A stretch of DNA of 64,000 nt, taken from Amoeboaphelidium protococcarum X5. Its lineage: Eukaryota > Fungi > Aphelidiomycota. Position 1 is the stretch's first letter, and every line of letters starts with the position of its first letter. The notes beneath the pieces are model-generated. The model searched no databases and was not told the DNA's origin. It saw only the letters and a list, made by a program, of their open reading frames with translations. The stretch spans positions 781,834-845,833 of the forward strand of contig JALDTO010000213.1 of NCBI GenBank assembly GCA_023515725.1, read 5' to 3'. Positions 28,482 to 43,176 of this stretch are shown here, one piece after another. The position numbers and the translations under genes are program-made.

Positions 28482-29856
28482 TCAAACACCAAAGTCTCTA
28501 TCAGGAAACACTATAGGAGCCACAAGAGTCCAAATGTAAAGAATTGAAACGAGCCACGACGTGCCAATTTTGATCCATGACGACGTGTAGCCGTAATCCA
28601 CAAACAGAACATTGGATGAACCTTCACTGAACGTTGCCCAGTTAGTGAGTACGGCAGCCATGTACATTGCAGCGAGAATAAATATGAAATGAAAGAGGGA
28701 ATAGTTGTACGTGGTACCATCCTCTTCACTATCCGGCTCATCTTCATTGTCGCCATTAGCACCGCCAAACAGCGACGAGGAATTTGTTCCAGCATTAAAC
28801 GCAGCGTAGCCGAGAGAGAGAAATGTCAAGACGACGCCAGTGATCAGAACACCGTTCGACAGCGAGCTTGATGATGAAGCTGAGCTGCACTTATTTACGG
28901 GCTAACTACTGATCGCGCTGCCAACTAGATAGGTGGTATACACGGATAATATGGCAGACTAGAAAATGCCAGATCTAGGATTGGCCTCTTGCACTCGCGG
29001 TAGAATACCGACAACAGTCATCACAATGGCCAGTATGAGATTGAAAGAGATAAAGAACTGATTAAGGGAGCATCCAGCTTCACCATAGAAGATATAAAAT
29101 ACAATGGTCATAGCTAGTACTGCAGCATAAAATATAAAGGTGGTGGTGACCAAGAGAGCAGAGTAAAACGCAGCATTTCCCGAATCATCTTCATATTTGC
29201 CAACCCAGGTACCACTCCACACCCAGGCAAAGTCAACCAACATCATCGCTTGAAGTAGTATGAATAAGGCTGCAAATACGAAAGTCGCGATCCAATAAGT
29301 CTTTAGTTGATCAGCTGGAATAAAGAAGCATGCCACAATGAGACCAGCCCAAAGTATTGTCTTTATCGGCCAAAATCTACAGTACTCACATTACTTATAC
29401 TAAATCGATTTTATAAAAAAAACAATAAGATAAACGTCTTACCCGTTATGAATGTAAGCGCGCGGATCTTGAGAACTTCGTACACCTAGAGTTATTATAA
29501 AGAGTAGAGTGTGATAGAACACAGACGCCAGACTGACTCTGTCCACTGCGAGATAACTAAAACAGTCCCGATCGCAATTCTAATCCAAAGTAACTCCGCT
29601 GATCTGATATCCATATCTACCTAAAGACCAAGCAACAGCTGTCGATATTATGAACCCAAGAGTATATAATAATCTAGTATTCAGACTCGGACGGAACTAA
29701 AAACTACAACACAGACAATTCTACAAGAATATACATTTATGGAGACTTAATACTCAAAATTATAGTACTACGTTCTGAAATTGGACATCTTACAAATACT
29801 TAACCAGCCGCACAGCATGCAGCTTATCCGACACAACAAGCAAGAACAGCTCCCAT
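28482..29856 (-). CDS. Serine incorporator SERINC/Tms1 (2 introns)
   Basis: MGAVLACC.., IHNGFWPIK, FILLQAMMLVDFA, YNYSLFHFIF, WTLVAPIVFPDRDF. Confidence 0.95.
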
Positions 29857-30080
29857 TATAAAAGTATTGAAAATGCTATTTAAGATCTATAAAATCCACC
29901 AAGCTTATTGTACGATACCAAAAATCAGAAATATTCTGAGCAACAACAGTCGATTGATCAACACAATTTTAAGAAGAATCGATCGGCCGATCGCTTTAAA
30001 TGTCGTAAAAAATTATAGTTTTGTCGAACCTCGATTTTAAAAAAGAGAAATTTAGTTGGAATAATAAAGAGTTGATAATA

Positions 30081-30668
30081 ATGACTCTGGGTAATATTTT
30101 CGAAGCTACTTAGAATGATATTAATAGTTTAGAGCAGACAGCACATGGTAAAGCGAAGAAGAAATGTAGAGCGTGTTTTGACTTCAAGTAGATGAAAGCT
30201 GCTGCCACCACTGCCACCTCTCATCAATCTAGCAAGCCATAGACTGATAATTCTGATGGAAATACACGCGACTCTTTGGGAAATACACCCATCTAGGACC
30301 AGTAAAAGCTGTCTAATAATTACGCGAAAGATTGCCCACCGGATGCTATAGAGATTGGTCGATCAGGATGGACGCTTCTACACACAGTGGCTTCCTATTA
30401 CCCAGAAGAACCGACTGATACTCATAAAACGTCAGTGATACAACTCCTAAACTCTTTTTCGCATATATATCCGTGTTACACGTGTGCCGAAGATCTTTAA
30501 AGCGATCTGAAGAAGAATCCTCCCCAATTTAATACGCGCTCAGAGTTGGAGCAGTACATGTGTAATCTGCACAATCGCGTAAATGTTCGTCTCGGAAAAC
30601 CTCAGTTTGATTGTCAACTAGTTGGTTAACGTTGGCGCGATGGCTATACTGACAAAAATTGTGATTGA
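30081..30668 (+). CDS. ERV1: Mitochondrial FAD-linked sulfhydryl oxidase Erv1/ALR
   Basis: CRAC shuttle motif, DCPPD..IGRSGWTLLH, YPCYTCAED, CNLHNRVNVRLGKPQFDC, RWRDG. Confidence 0.95.
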
Positions 30669-30747
30669 ACTGAATTGGTAGACATGTAATCAGTTAATAG
30701 AGTTCGAATAGAGTAAAGTAATAATAATACCAGGCGATTTATATAAA

Positions 30748-32415
<1,668 letters not shown>

Positions 32416-32608
32416 ATTGATAATTTCCTATTACGAATTTTTACAGATACAGTGATAATTTGACGATAACTCAATCAGTAATGAATGGGAGAGAAAGATT
32501 GAACTGAGATTGATCAGAAGAAGATCAAAAGAAACCACTCGTAAAACATCACAATGCAGAATAACTAAAATGTAAAAGAGAAATTGACTGAAATACGATT
32601 AAAAATAT

Positions 32609-33225
32609 TCATTGTTTCTTCTTATTCGAAGATGAAGAAACTTTAGCCATGAGAGAACGGAGATCATTCAGTAAGAGCTATCCAACAACATGGCCTTCCT
32701 CGTCAACATAGTCAGAGAACAGAGCAATGTGCTACTGTTCAGGATACGAGACACCAGCTGCTTACATTTTTATTTTCAACTTGTACTTGCAATCAAATCT
32801 GTCAACATTACTTGCGATAATGACTTTAGTATCTTATGACTTTCTGCCAACATAAATGGCATGCTATTCAATATAATACACGTAAAACAGGTAGAATGCA
32901 TTCAGACCAAAGTAAAGAACACATGCGGCCAATACCAGTAAATGATTACTCTCATAAAATGGAACTTTGTAATGGTAAAAAGCGGTTAAGCCAGCAATAA
33001 GAGCAGAGCACAGTCCAATTAAAATCTTGACATCAACATGAAAATGGTCCTACTTGAAGCCTTCAACCTCATCCATCAAGTACTTGATCGCATCGTCTAT
33101 CGCACCTTTACTCTCAACAGAGTTCCATTTCTAGCATTTAAACTCTTAAGCATCTACAATATCCTCCAAAAACTATGAATATGACGTACAAAGTTATGCT
33201 AGTTGAAATTACCAAACTTATCCAT
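32609..33225 (-). CDS. SPC2: Signal peptidase complex subunit 2 (1 intron)
   Basis: KWNSVESKGAIDDAI..FKQDHFHVDVKILIG, two TM helices, YVDEEG motif, KKKQ ER-retrieval C-terminus. Confidence 0.85.
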
Positions 33226-33333
33226 GATCTGAATATAAATTAACGTAAAAGCTATTGTGTTGTAAGCAAAGACTGGAATATCTCAACTGAATTGGAAGAA
33301 CGCGAGGTGAAGTGTTCGTTTCTCTCCTCACAC

Positions 33334-33360
33334 ACTCTCACTCTCACTCTCTCTCTCTCT
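33334..33360 (+). repeat. CT-rich microsatellite in the SPC2/hypothetical divergent promoter
   Basis: cactctcactctcactctctctctctct. Confidence 0.75.
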
Positions 33361-33425
33361 GTCCCGTCTTCCTAGTTGTGAAAGACTAATACTTACGTGT
33401 TTACTACACAAATAGACTGCTGATT

Positions 33426-33707
33426 ATGGATTAATTGAGTACAGATTAAGCACTAAAAGTATTAGATAGTTTAGATCGTCGATTATAATCTGCTATTCAG
33501 ACAACTGAGAAGTAGTTGGCGGATGTGCTGCAGAGGAAGGCTGATGAATAAAGTCAATAGAATATTGTGTAGTAAACTGTTTCAGAAATCTAGTAGAATC
33601 TTTTGGGACAAGATCCATAATTTGGATAGCTTTCAGGAAATATGGACAATACTGCTGGTAAAGGCAAAATGAAGTCGCAAAGAAGTCCGTTCATGGATGT
33701 TGATTGA
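33426..33707 (+). CDS. Hypothetical small coiled-coil protein
   Basis: 94-codon ATG-TGA ORF in table 6 with 12 in-frame TAA/TAG; amphipathic heptad-like sequence; followed by an AT-rich 3' region. Confidence 0.5.
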
Positions 33708-34281
33708 ACTACAATACATTATTTCATTTCCTTAATTTTTAATTCAATGCCTTTTTCTTCATGTACTATTTCTACATTAATGACAATTGATGTATACATT
33801 GTTTTCTTCAATGTTTAAAAGCAGTGGTTAGAATGAAGATCATGTGTGGATGCCATGTTGTGCATACAGTGAGTCAGGGATGTGGATGGATCATACCCGT
33901 GAATGCAATTACAATGAGGCGCAGCGGTATATACGATTACAGTGGTGAGGCGCAGTTGTGTACGCAATCGCGATATGACCAAATTTCGGGTACGCGCGCG
34001 TGTATGGTGTGTGTATGAGTCAGCGTGTTCAAGGCGTTCAAGCGATAACGCGATCGTAAACTGTTCATGCCGTAAGAACCAGGCTGACGGTCGTTTCGCG
34101 CGTGGCTCAACTCGATCGCGACGCCACTTACGCTACTCCTCCCCGAGCAAAATTGCAGCGAGTGGCGCCGTTCATTCGTAGTAGCTCACACTTCCCTTAA
34201 TTTACACACATACACATTCGCACATTCACTGTATTTGTGTTTACTGATTCATTTCACTAAAATTTAATAATTACAACGCTG

Positions 34282-35601
34282 ATGACTGTCCAACAACTGG
34301 GTGATATGGCTGCTGCAATAGGCTACTCCTAATAATAATAATAAAAAGAGCCCTTAAGGTCCGCTGGTCGCTCCGAGAATTTTTCGCAAACGCCTTACTA
34401 CGGTGAATTTAGCGCTGGTGATGGAAGCAGGCATGTGCCACAGTCTTAGTTCCCTGTGCCGTAATAAAATGCTAGTCTTGACAATAATATGCATCACAGT
34501 CATCTGCCGGACAGTCATAGCGGTCATGTGAATTCCCGCTTGCCGCTGCTCTATGAATTGCTCTAGCAAGGTTATGATTAGGCTCTGGGCTAGCCAACTG
34601 GTGTTTCCTCGACCCCTGAAAGTAATGCTTCGCATTCAAACAGCTTGCGACATGACATGGCATCAGGCGTTAATCACTATTATTAAGGTTCGTAGAATTA
34701 GCCATAGTTTTAGCTGCCGAGTATTCAAGAGTTTACAAAGTCCACGGTGAAAAAGTACATTATATCAGCTGATCATCTCTCCCTCGAACCAGTCTCAGTC
34801 CACCCAACGCATTAGTATCAAGTTTCGTAAAATGATTATCAGTTCTAATCCTAGCGTAGTGTTTCGAGTAATGATACTTCTTCAAGATCGTCCTAATCGG
34901 AGCATCCAGTCTCGGTGGAACCAACATCATCTGTGAAGATGCACAATCATCCTTTGACCAAGATTCGCAGTTCAAGTGGTGGTGATTTATTTATATGCAA
35001 CTGGGAGAACTGTGGCAAGGAATTTAAGAAGTATTACAACTTGAAGTCTCATCTTAAGATTCACACTGGTGAGAGACCATTTGCATGTGACTTTGATGGG
35101 TGCTCGGCTGCTTTTACGCGTCGTCATGATTTGAATCGTCACCGCAAGACACATTCTGGTGAGCGAGAGTACTAGTGTTCTGATTGTGGTAGGAAGTTTA
35201 GTCGCCAGGATGCTTTGACAAGACATTTGAATGGTTCTACTTGTAAAGGCGGTGCTGGTATGCATGGTGAGTTGCAACGCGATGTACAAGGAAGATGTAA
35301 TCACGCTGAAGTATAGTCGACGTATGATCATGACCAGAGTGCCTCATCATACTCTAATAGTTATGGAGTATAATAAGTTTATCAAAGACCGATTGTATTT
35401 GTGCCTGTTAACCAGTATCAGTATTCAAACCCACGTCATTATATGGAACCTGCGACCAGTAAGCCGCATGAAAGAGTGTCAGAAGAATATAGCCAAGGTC
35501 CCTCTGTGCCATATCGCTATGAAAATCTGCCTCAGTATCACGCCAGAACTCAAGATACGGTATACCGTCCAAGTAACGAATTCCGCGTTAATATTCGCTG
35601 A
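34282..35601 (+). CDS. C2H2 zinc-finger transcription factor (3 fingers)
   Basis: FICNWENCGKEF..HLKIH-TGERP-FACDFDGC..HRKTH-SGERE-YQCSDCGRKF; Q/S/H-rich N-terminus; 440 codons. Confidence 0.9.
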
Positions 35602-35842
35602 TTCTTGCATGCTTTACCAAATGATATGTTATTTAAGTTCCGTCTTTACTATTTTATAAGCCTCTTTCATTTCTAAAAGCTCGTTTCAGCTACTTATCGA
35701 ACACTTCTCTTTTCGGAATAATGTTCCTTAAAAGTGGCGCGTCTCGTTTCACCTTTGAGCTCAGTTTAAATTTCCAGTTTCAGCCGATTCAATCTTCTCC
35801 TCGTTCTGTTTACCGACATCCCAAGCATTTTATTTTAATATC

Positions 35843-36452
35843 ATGACTGTTGCTGATCCTACCACTGTTGTATCTGCTGTTCAAAAGAGAAACATCTCAG
35901 AAGAAATGACATCAAGTGTTCCTGTGGCAAAGAAACTGGCTCAAGACTTGAATCTGTTACGCGTCAAGAAACTGTCTGACAAGGCCCGGCTGCCGACTCG
36001 AGGCTCAGTGCATGCAGCTGGATACGATCTTTATGCTGCCAAGGAGGTCACCGTCTCAGCCAAAGGAAAGTGTGTGGTGCCCACAGATTTATCTATTGCC
36101 ATTCCAGAGGGAACTTATGCTCGCGTGGCTCCTCGTAGTGGGCTTGCAGTGAAGAACTTTATTGATGTCGGTGCTGGAGTGGTTGACTTTGACTGTAAGA
36201 TATCTATCATCATTGTATTCTTGACAAATTATCCTTCTAATACTATTCGTATGTGTCTTTCTATGTGTAGATCGTGGTCCACTGGGAGTAGTCTTGTTCA
36301 ACTTCAGTGACGTGGATTTCTAAGTCAAGGAAGGTGACCGCATTGCTCAGCTCATCTTGGAGCGTATTGTCACTCCAGATGTGGTCGAGGTGGAAGATTT
36401 GGACAATACCGACCGCGGAGTGAACGGATTCGGATCTACTGGCACTAACTGA
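35843..36452 (+). CDS. DUT1: dUTP pyrophosphatase; intron 36195-36270
   Basis: [40 protein letters not shown]. Confidence 0.97.
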
Positions 36453-36551
36453 TTTAAAATATGAAATTCGAACATGAAATCATACAAGTTGAATAAGTGC
36501 ACTTAATCGTTCTATTTACTTACAACAGCTATCACTTAGTTACAACATGCA

Positions 36552-39332
36552 TCACGCAACACTTTCAGGAAGAGACGTCTGAGGCACTGGTTGAGCGCCA
36601 TCCCCATTCTGCGACTTTTATTACTGCTACTGAGGCCTAAGTTGTGGAGTAGGAGGATTAGATACCTTGTGCTACTACTACTACCTTCTCTCCATTGTAT
36701 TCATCTGTGAATTAGTCATGGACGGAGATTGTGAAGGCATAGATCCCTTATGGCTGCTCTCATACTCCCACGTAAAGTGATGATGATATCGACCAGCCTT
36801 ATCCACGCAATCATCACATACCTCAATAGCACAAAAATATGGATCCTCCTTCATCTCTGCAATGGTAATTCTATGATTATGATCCGGCTCCAATATCCTC
36901 TCCAGAAGATGTGACAATGTAGGTGGTAGCCGCATAAATGGCTCAAATCGTGCTCTGTGCTCCAAATAGTAGGCATAGTTAGGATCTTTCAAAGTGGCCT
37001 GACGCCAAGGCACACCATGGAATAACATTGCGTAATAAATAATACCAGATGACCAGATATCAACCTTGCGGGCATCATACGGCTCCCCTGTGAACTCTTC
37101 AGGTGCAATGTACGGCTCACTTCCACACAATCCCTTAGACTTATGAGGCTCCTGCTCCCAACACGTCTTAAACACATCAGATACACCAAAATCGGTAATT
37201 TTGATATGTCCATGCGCGTCAACCAGCAGATTCTCTGGCTTGAGATCTCGATGCGCAACACCCATAGAGTGCAGGTATTCAATGCCATTGATAAGCTGCT
37301 TATAGCAACAATTAATCTCAATCATTGTCATCTTGCCACCTCTCAGAATCTCGTACAGATCACCGCCAGGACAGAACTCCATCACCTCACACCACCGGTG
37401 CTTCTCATCCTACACCAGATCCAGAGTCTCTACAATATTGATATGATGCAAATTAGAGCTTATACAGAATTCCCCAGTCAACTTCTTGATGTAATCCCGC
37501 TCACTTTCATCTTTGCGTCGCTTCCTAAACTCTTTCACTGCGTATAGTTTATCACCTGGTCCAATAAAGCCAATCTTATGAAAAAGTCTCACTGTACCAC
37601 CAGCGCCTTTGCCAATAATCTTATCTGCCATTCCATACTTGTCAGACAGTGCACTCTCGTGACTTGCCGTGCTCATATTGGTGGTAGATTCGCTACTGCT
37701 GGCCAACTTCTTATTATGGACCATCATATTTCGGAACATGTGATTAATACTTCTTCTGCCAGAGGTGTGAGACTCGATATCACTTTTGCTATCTGGCACT
37801 TTCTCGATACTCGAAGCCGCCGTGTGACTACCTCTGAGATGCGGATTGGAACCAATGGGTGAACCTTGTCTGGATGGAGGAGAGCCGTGCTACTCACCAG
37901 ATGAATGCTTCTACGATAAATGATCATTGAGTCCATCACTACCACTACCCAAATTCTAATCAGTACTGCCATGATCACCGGGAGTATTATCCAAAGACGC
38001 TATTGAGGAGCGGGCTGATGACACAGACTCTAAATCACTTTATTCATTAGCGGTATTGCCAACAGAGCCTTGACGCTTAGCATGTCTCTTGCGACTAAAG
38101 AAATTCTAGAAACTCATAGATGGAGATGACGACCTATCATGATTATGATGATGATGTTGCTGCTAGTGACTATGGCCATTATCTTTAGCAGTACCACCAC
38201 CGTGATCATTATCATGATTAGCATGCTGTACGTGATGAAGCAGCTTCTCAATCACCGCATGTCTTCTTTGAGTCTGAGGTGAGTCTGTTGGACGAGGTGG
38301 ATGCCAACCGACACCTTAAGATTCAGCAGGAAGAGTATCATGAGGAGCACAATTGGAGTGACCATTTTACGATGCAGTAGCGCCATCATTTCCATGAACG
38401 CCACCGTGACTATTCAAATAAGTGGGATGCAATAGGCGATATAAGAGAGTACTATGTGATTACTTGCGCTAAGCTTCAGATGATGTTGAATTAAGAGACT
38501 CGCGACTACTTGCCACAGATCTAGTGGCCTAATTCGAGCCTTGATGGTGCTTAAAATCATTCTCCATCTAGATGGCATGCAGCTAATTCATAGAATTGGA
38601 ATTCGGGTGGAACCATCTATAAATGAACGTTGATGATCTTGGTTTGTTTTAAGGATGTACAGGAGGCAGAGCACTGATAGATGTTTTCGATTTCTAGTCT
38701 TATAGAAGAGCAGAGTTCATATTCTTTGCCTAGTCTGACTGTACCAAAGATTTCTATTCACACTATCCAACGGACTAGACAGAATCGCAGTTACAATTGA
38801 CATTTCTAGCACTGGCTCTCTAGTTCTCCCAAACTTGATTATGAAGAGCTAGATTGCCCTGAGTTAACGCCAGACGATTACCGCTCTCATCAACTTTACT
38901 TTCATGATCCATAGGATTTTCATCGCCGGCCTAATGTAAGGCGTTCATATCTCCATGTGCAGACTGATGAGCAGAAATCTATATCGTCGATGCAACAGGA
39001 GTGGGATTTAGAGCCAGAGTGACACTGGTTGAATGATGCCCATCCAGAGCCGGATCAGCGGCGGCACGAATTCCATTACTCAGCTATTGACATGAAGCAT
39101 CACCGCAGCTCCTCAAATCCAGAACCTTATTTTCGCTCTCAGCCGGTTGTATCGATTCTTAAGGCGGCTGGGTTGTGGTATATAATTACTCTTACTATTC
39201 CTATTACTTCTTCGCAGGTTCCGATTATGCAACATCCAAAGTATCATCAGCAGTATTCTAGTCCATATTCAACTAATCCTACTCTAATTCTTGGTCAGAC
39301 ACTTTATGAATATCCCGCACAATGTCTGTCAT
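36552..39332 (-). CDS. Ser/Thr kinase of the fungal HAL/NPR (Sat4/Hrk1-like) family with long disordered N-terminus
   Basis: [54 protein letters not shown]; 927 codons. Confidence 0.9.
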
Positions 39333-40230
39333 ATTTTCGCCGACAATACTTCTTCTACTTACAAATATTAAAAAATCTTTTACTGCTGTTACTAATAATC
39401 AGATATAAAATCCAAAGCTTAGTTGACACTCTTTTTCCACTTAATATTATCCAGCGATTATTCCAAATTATTCACACTCTGACAATCTGGTTGTGATGAC
39501 GATGATGCTTGTCTAGTAATTACTCGTAATAATAGTAGCGATGAGTGTATTCAGTTGTTTTGTCTCTTGGTTGATGTATTTTCAGTCAGTTAGTCAATTG
39601 TCGTCGTTGTCGTCACTTTGTGAGTCGTCGGGCAGGAAGAAATTTATTCTTTCAGATCGCGCTGGGGTTGGTCGTCGCTTGCTTTTCAGTGCAGTAACTC
39701 TCTTTTGAGTCGATATATATTCGTCGATCGATCGGCCTAGGGCTACGCTAAAATGTGAAGACTTGAGAATAAGGAGAGGAAGCGAAATGAAAAATAGCAC
39801 CACGGAGGAAATGTGATGATTACCAAAGCAGCACACACAACGCCGATGAGAAAGATGTGGTCACTGGGGCCAGCATTGGTTCGCTATGATTGGTGCGAAT
39901 GTCACCGAAGATGTCAACAGATCGATTGACTAATTTTTTTGTTTGTGATTTATCATTGATCTCACGTTTAGCTGTTCCAGTCAGTTGGTTAGTATTGCTA
40001 TTTTGGTGTTAACAGATGATGTGCCTGTTCGCTTTTTATAATGAACTTGCATTTTTATAGTAGAAACAGATTAATACCGTTAAAAATTGGCATACCGACT
40101 GAAATATTGAGCATTGTCTTGTGTACAAATTTAGTGTCATGACCAAAAGGAGTATCCGTTAACCAATCAATTAAAACATTTAAGCCACCCAAATGTGAAT
40201 AAAAACTTGGTCAACCTTTAATTTTTAAAA

Positions 40231-41706
40231 TCACTCAGAGTCGGAATCAAATGTTATCTTGGTTGGCTTAGCGGCAGTATCTACATCCTTGAAAAATGCA
40301 CCATACGCGCTATGCTCCTTCTTCTTGACAGCGGTACCGAAATTCATTAAATCTTGAGGCACTTTCTGGTCAGCCTGTCTCAGCACATTAACCAACTCAC
40401 CCGCCTTTGATTTCTCATGCAGCGTGAAGAAAGTATGAGCAATACCAGTACTACCGGCGCGACCAGTTCTTCCAATACGATGAATGTAATCTTCAATGGT
40501 GAGCGGGAAGGTGAAATTGATCACATACTCCACCTTGGGTATATCTAAGCCTCTAGACGCAACATCAGTTGCAATAAGCAATGGCACCTTTCCACTTCTA
40601 AACTTATCAAAGCTATCAAGTCTCTGTGTCTGATTCATATCACCATGAATAGCTACAGCTGACCATCCTTTACGCGTCAGGAACTGTTCCAATCTAGACG
40701 CTTCCTTCTTGTACAGAGCGAATATCAGGATACGATTATCTCTCTTCTTGTGATAGTTTTGAAGCAGATCCAGTAGCCTTTACTCTTTCTGATGAGGCTC
40801 AATGACATCTACAATTTAGGTGATATTCACGTTGGCAGCCTGCTCTTGGCCGACAACAATCTTTGCCGGATTATGCATATACTCTTGAGATAACTTGTGG
40901 ATAGACTCTGGCCAAGTGGCACTGAACATAACCACCTAACGCTTACTTTTGGTGGCAGATATCAGCTTGCGCACCTCTTTCTCAAATCCAAGATCCAGCA
41001 TTCTATCAGCCTCATCCAGCACGATATAATCAATATCAGACAGCTTCCATGAGCCATCTTCCATCAGATCAACAAGGCGACCAGCACATCCAATGACAAT
41101 GTCAACGCCATTTTTGAACATTTCTCTCTACTCATACTTGGGAACACCACCATAGACACATACGGACGCGCATTTCATCCCTTACGATGCTTCTTAGATC
41201 TACTCAAAAATCTGCAGAGCCAATTCTCTGGTAGGAGATAGAACAAGTACGCGAGGTAGACGCTTTCTTCTACCGAAATCAACTCGTTCACGCACGAGGT
41301 GAGCCAGGGCTGGAATACCAAACGCCAGCGACTTGCCACTCCCCGTTGAACTGATACCTATCAAATCACGTCCAGCTGCGATAACAGGCCATGCACAGCT
41401 TTGAATAGGAGTAGGCTTATCAAATTTCTTGGTGATGCTCAAAGTATCTTTGGGTAAATCGACCTGATCAAACGTGTACCAAGGCTTCCAATCACCAGCA
41501 TTACTCAACACGATATCATTCTCCTTCAGCCACGCAGCTACAGAATCTTGAGTATCATGCTTTACAGCAGTAGTATCCTGTGGAGTGCCTATTTACTTCA
41601 ACTATTACTGCTACTTCTGCTTCTTTAATTACTTACGAGCCGCACGCTCTTCATCAGTCTCATCGCGTCTATGCTTCTTTTACTTTTTCACTTTTTGCTC
41701 AGCCAT
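40231..41706 (-). CDS. DBP3: DEAD-box RNA helicase Dbp3
   Basis: [36 protein letters not shown] and the Dbp3-type C-terminus [19 protein letters not shown]. Confidence 0.93.
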
Positions 41707-41741
41707 TGTGATTTCAGATCTCGCACGCGTTTCTGACCCAA

Positions 41742-41762
41742 AGAGAGAGAGAGAGAGAGAGA
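41742..41762 (+). repeat. (GA)n microsatellite in the DBP3 upstream region
   Basis: agagagagagagagagagaga. Confidence 0.85.
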
Positions 41763-41895
41763 AAGATGGAGCGGTGACTCAATGCTGTGTGATTGTCACA
41801 GTTTTCAGGAGGTGATCTCTCTATCTACACTTACAGTACTTTGGATTGAGTTTACACCGAGTAATAACGTCAATATTTTATATGCGGCAACCAAG

Positions 41896-42105
41896 ATGCA
41901 GTTATTGTTGGAGAAACTTGTGTTGATTATGAAGGGTGAAATTTTATACTTGAGTGGACTGATGGTGCTGTTTGCGATTGCGATATATAGTGTCGACATC
42001 TTGCATTGTAATCGAAGGCAATAGTTGCAATCTTATATTACAAAATGCGACACGTATACACTTCAGATGTAAGTGCTGTAAGAGTTAAGTGGGCAGAAAT
42101 TGTGA
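41896..42105 (+). CDS. Possible small single-pass membrane protein
   Basis: 70-codon table-6 ORF with a hydrophobic stretch ILYLSGLMVLFAIAIYSV; no homology recognised. Confidence 0.25.
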
Positions 42106-42172
42106 TTAAAATGTAGATAAAGAGTGTTGATTTTGTCTATATTCTATTAAATTCAAATCAGGTAAGAGTATG

Positions 42173-42805
42173 TCAAACTCTTTGAATGTCTTCCGACGCA
42201 ATCACCTTCTTTTTATATCTATCAAGACCGGAGAAGACGTGTATAGTGAACGCTGCGTACATCACCAGAAGCATTAGAAGATGAGCTGCAATAAGCACAC
42301 CATTAACGTGAGAAAGAGCGCCATTCAGATACAATATAAGGTAGATGCTGAGGGGGAGAGTGATCTATATCAGAAATGAGAGTAGAATCCAGAAATTTTT
42401 GCGGAGTATCGCACTTGCCGACAAATGATCTACTTGAAATTTGTATGGCGCCGTGCATACAGCACATGACGTCTTACCATTGTCATTCACCCACCGCTCA
42501 ATACACTTTGTATGAGCAAACTTTAAATTCTCATTCTTGCACTTGCAAGGCAGAATAAACTCATCCGAGGCGCCAGATGATTCCCAGCAGATGAAACAAC
42601 GATACATGCCAGATTTTGGCGACGCTGTGAAAGGTGTCAATGGCATTGTCATAAGCTCTTACAATTTAGTATTGGTTTTTAGATTATGAGATGTCTGAAT
42701 TTAATGCGTCTTAATACCAGTATCAGACTTGAGAGACGCGTCATTGCCACCATTCAGAAGCGGCTGATTGTCTATTTAACGTAGCGTATCTGCATGTCCC
42801 TTCAT
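42173..42805 (-). CDS. RINGv (MARCH-type) E3 ubiquitin ligase with two TM helices
   Basis: CFIC..ILPCKC..LKFAHTKCIERW..CAVC (C4HC3) followed by two hydrophobic helices; 211 codons. Confidence 0.9.
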
Positions 42806-43176
42806 TTCTTCAAAGCTTGCTAAATTCAAGTGCAGATATATATTTAACGCCTGATAATGATGAAAAGTAAAAGTAATAATTAAGTGAATATACTATAACT
42901 ACTAGAAATAAAGCGCAGTTTAAAATTTCCGCGTGATGTTTGCTTCACGTAGCCAAATCAAGAGCACATGTTTCCATTTAAGGCATGAGTAATTACAAAT
43001 GGCCTGTAAATAGCATCGGTTAATTGCGCATAATGGGCCTCATATAAATATCAATCTTAATGATAAAACTTTGCGATAAGCGATAAGGATTCTTTTACCT
43101 TTAAATTCCATCTCTCTCCTCAAAGTTATACAAATCGACTGGTGAAATACAAACTCTCTTGAATCTATTCAAATAA

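Noticed and set aside
41075-41100. DBP3 motif Ib reads GCAGRL instead of ATPGRL
   Set aside because: All other helicase motifs are intact; treated as ordinary divergence.
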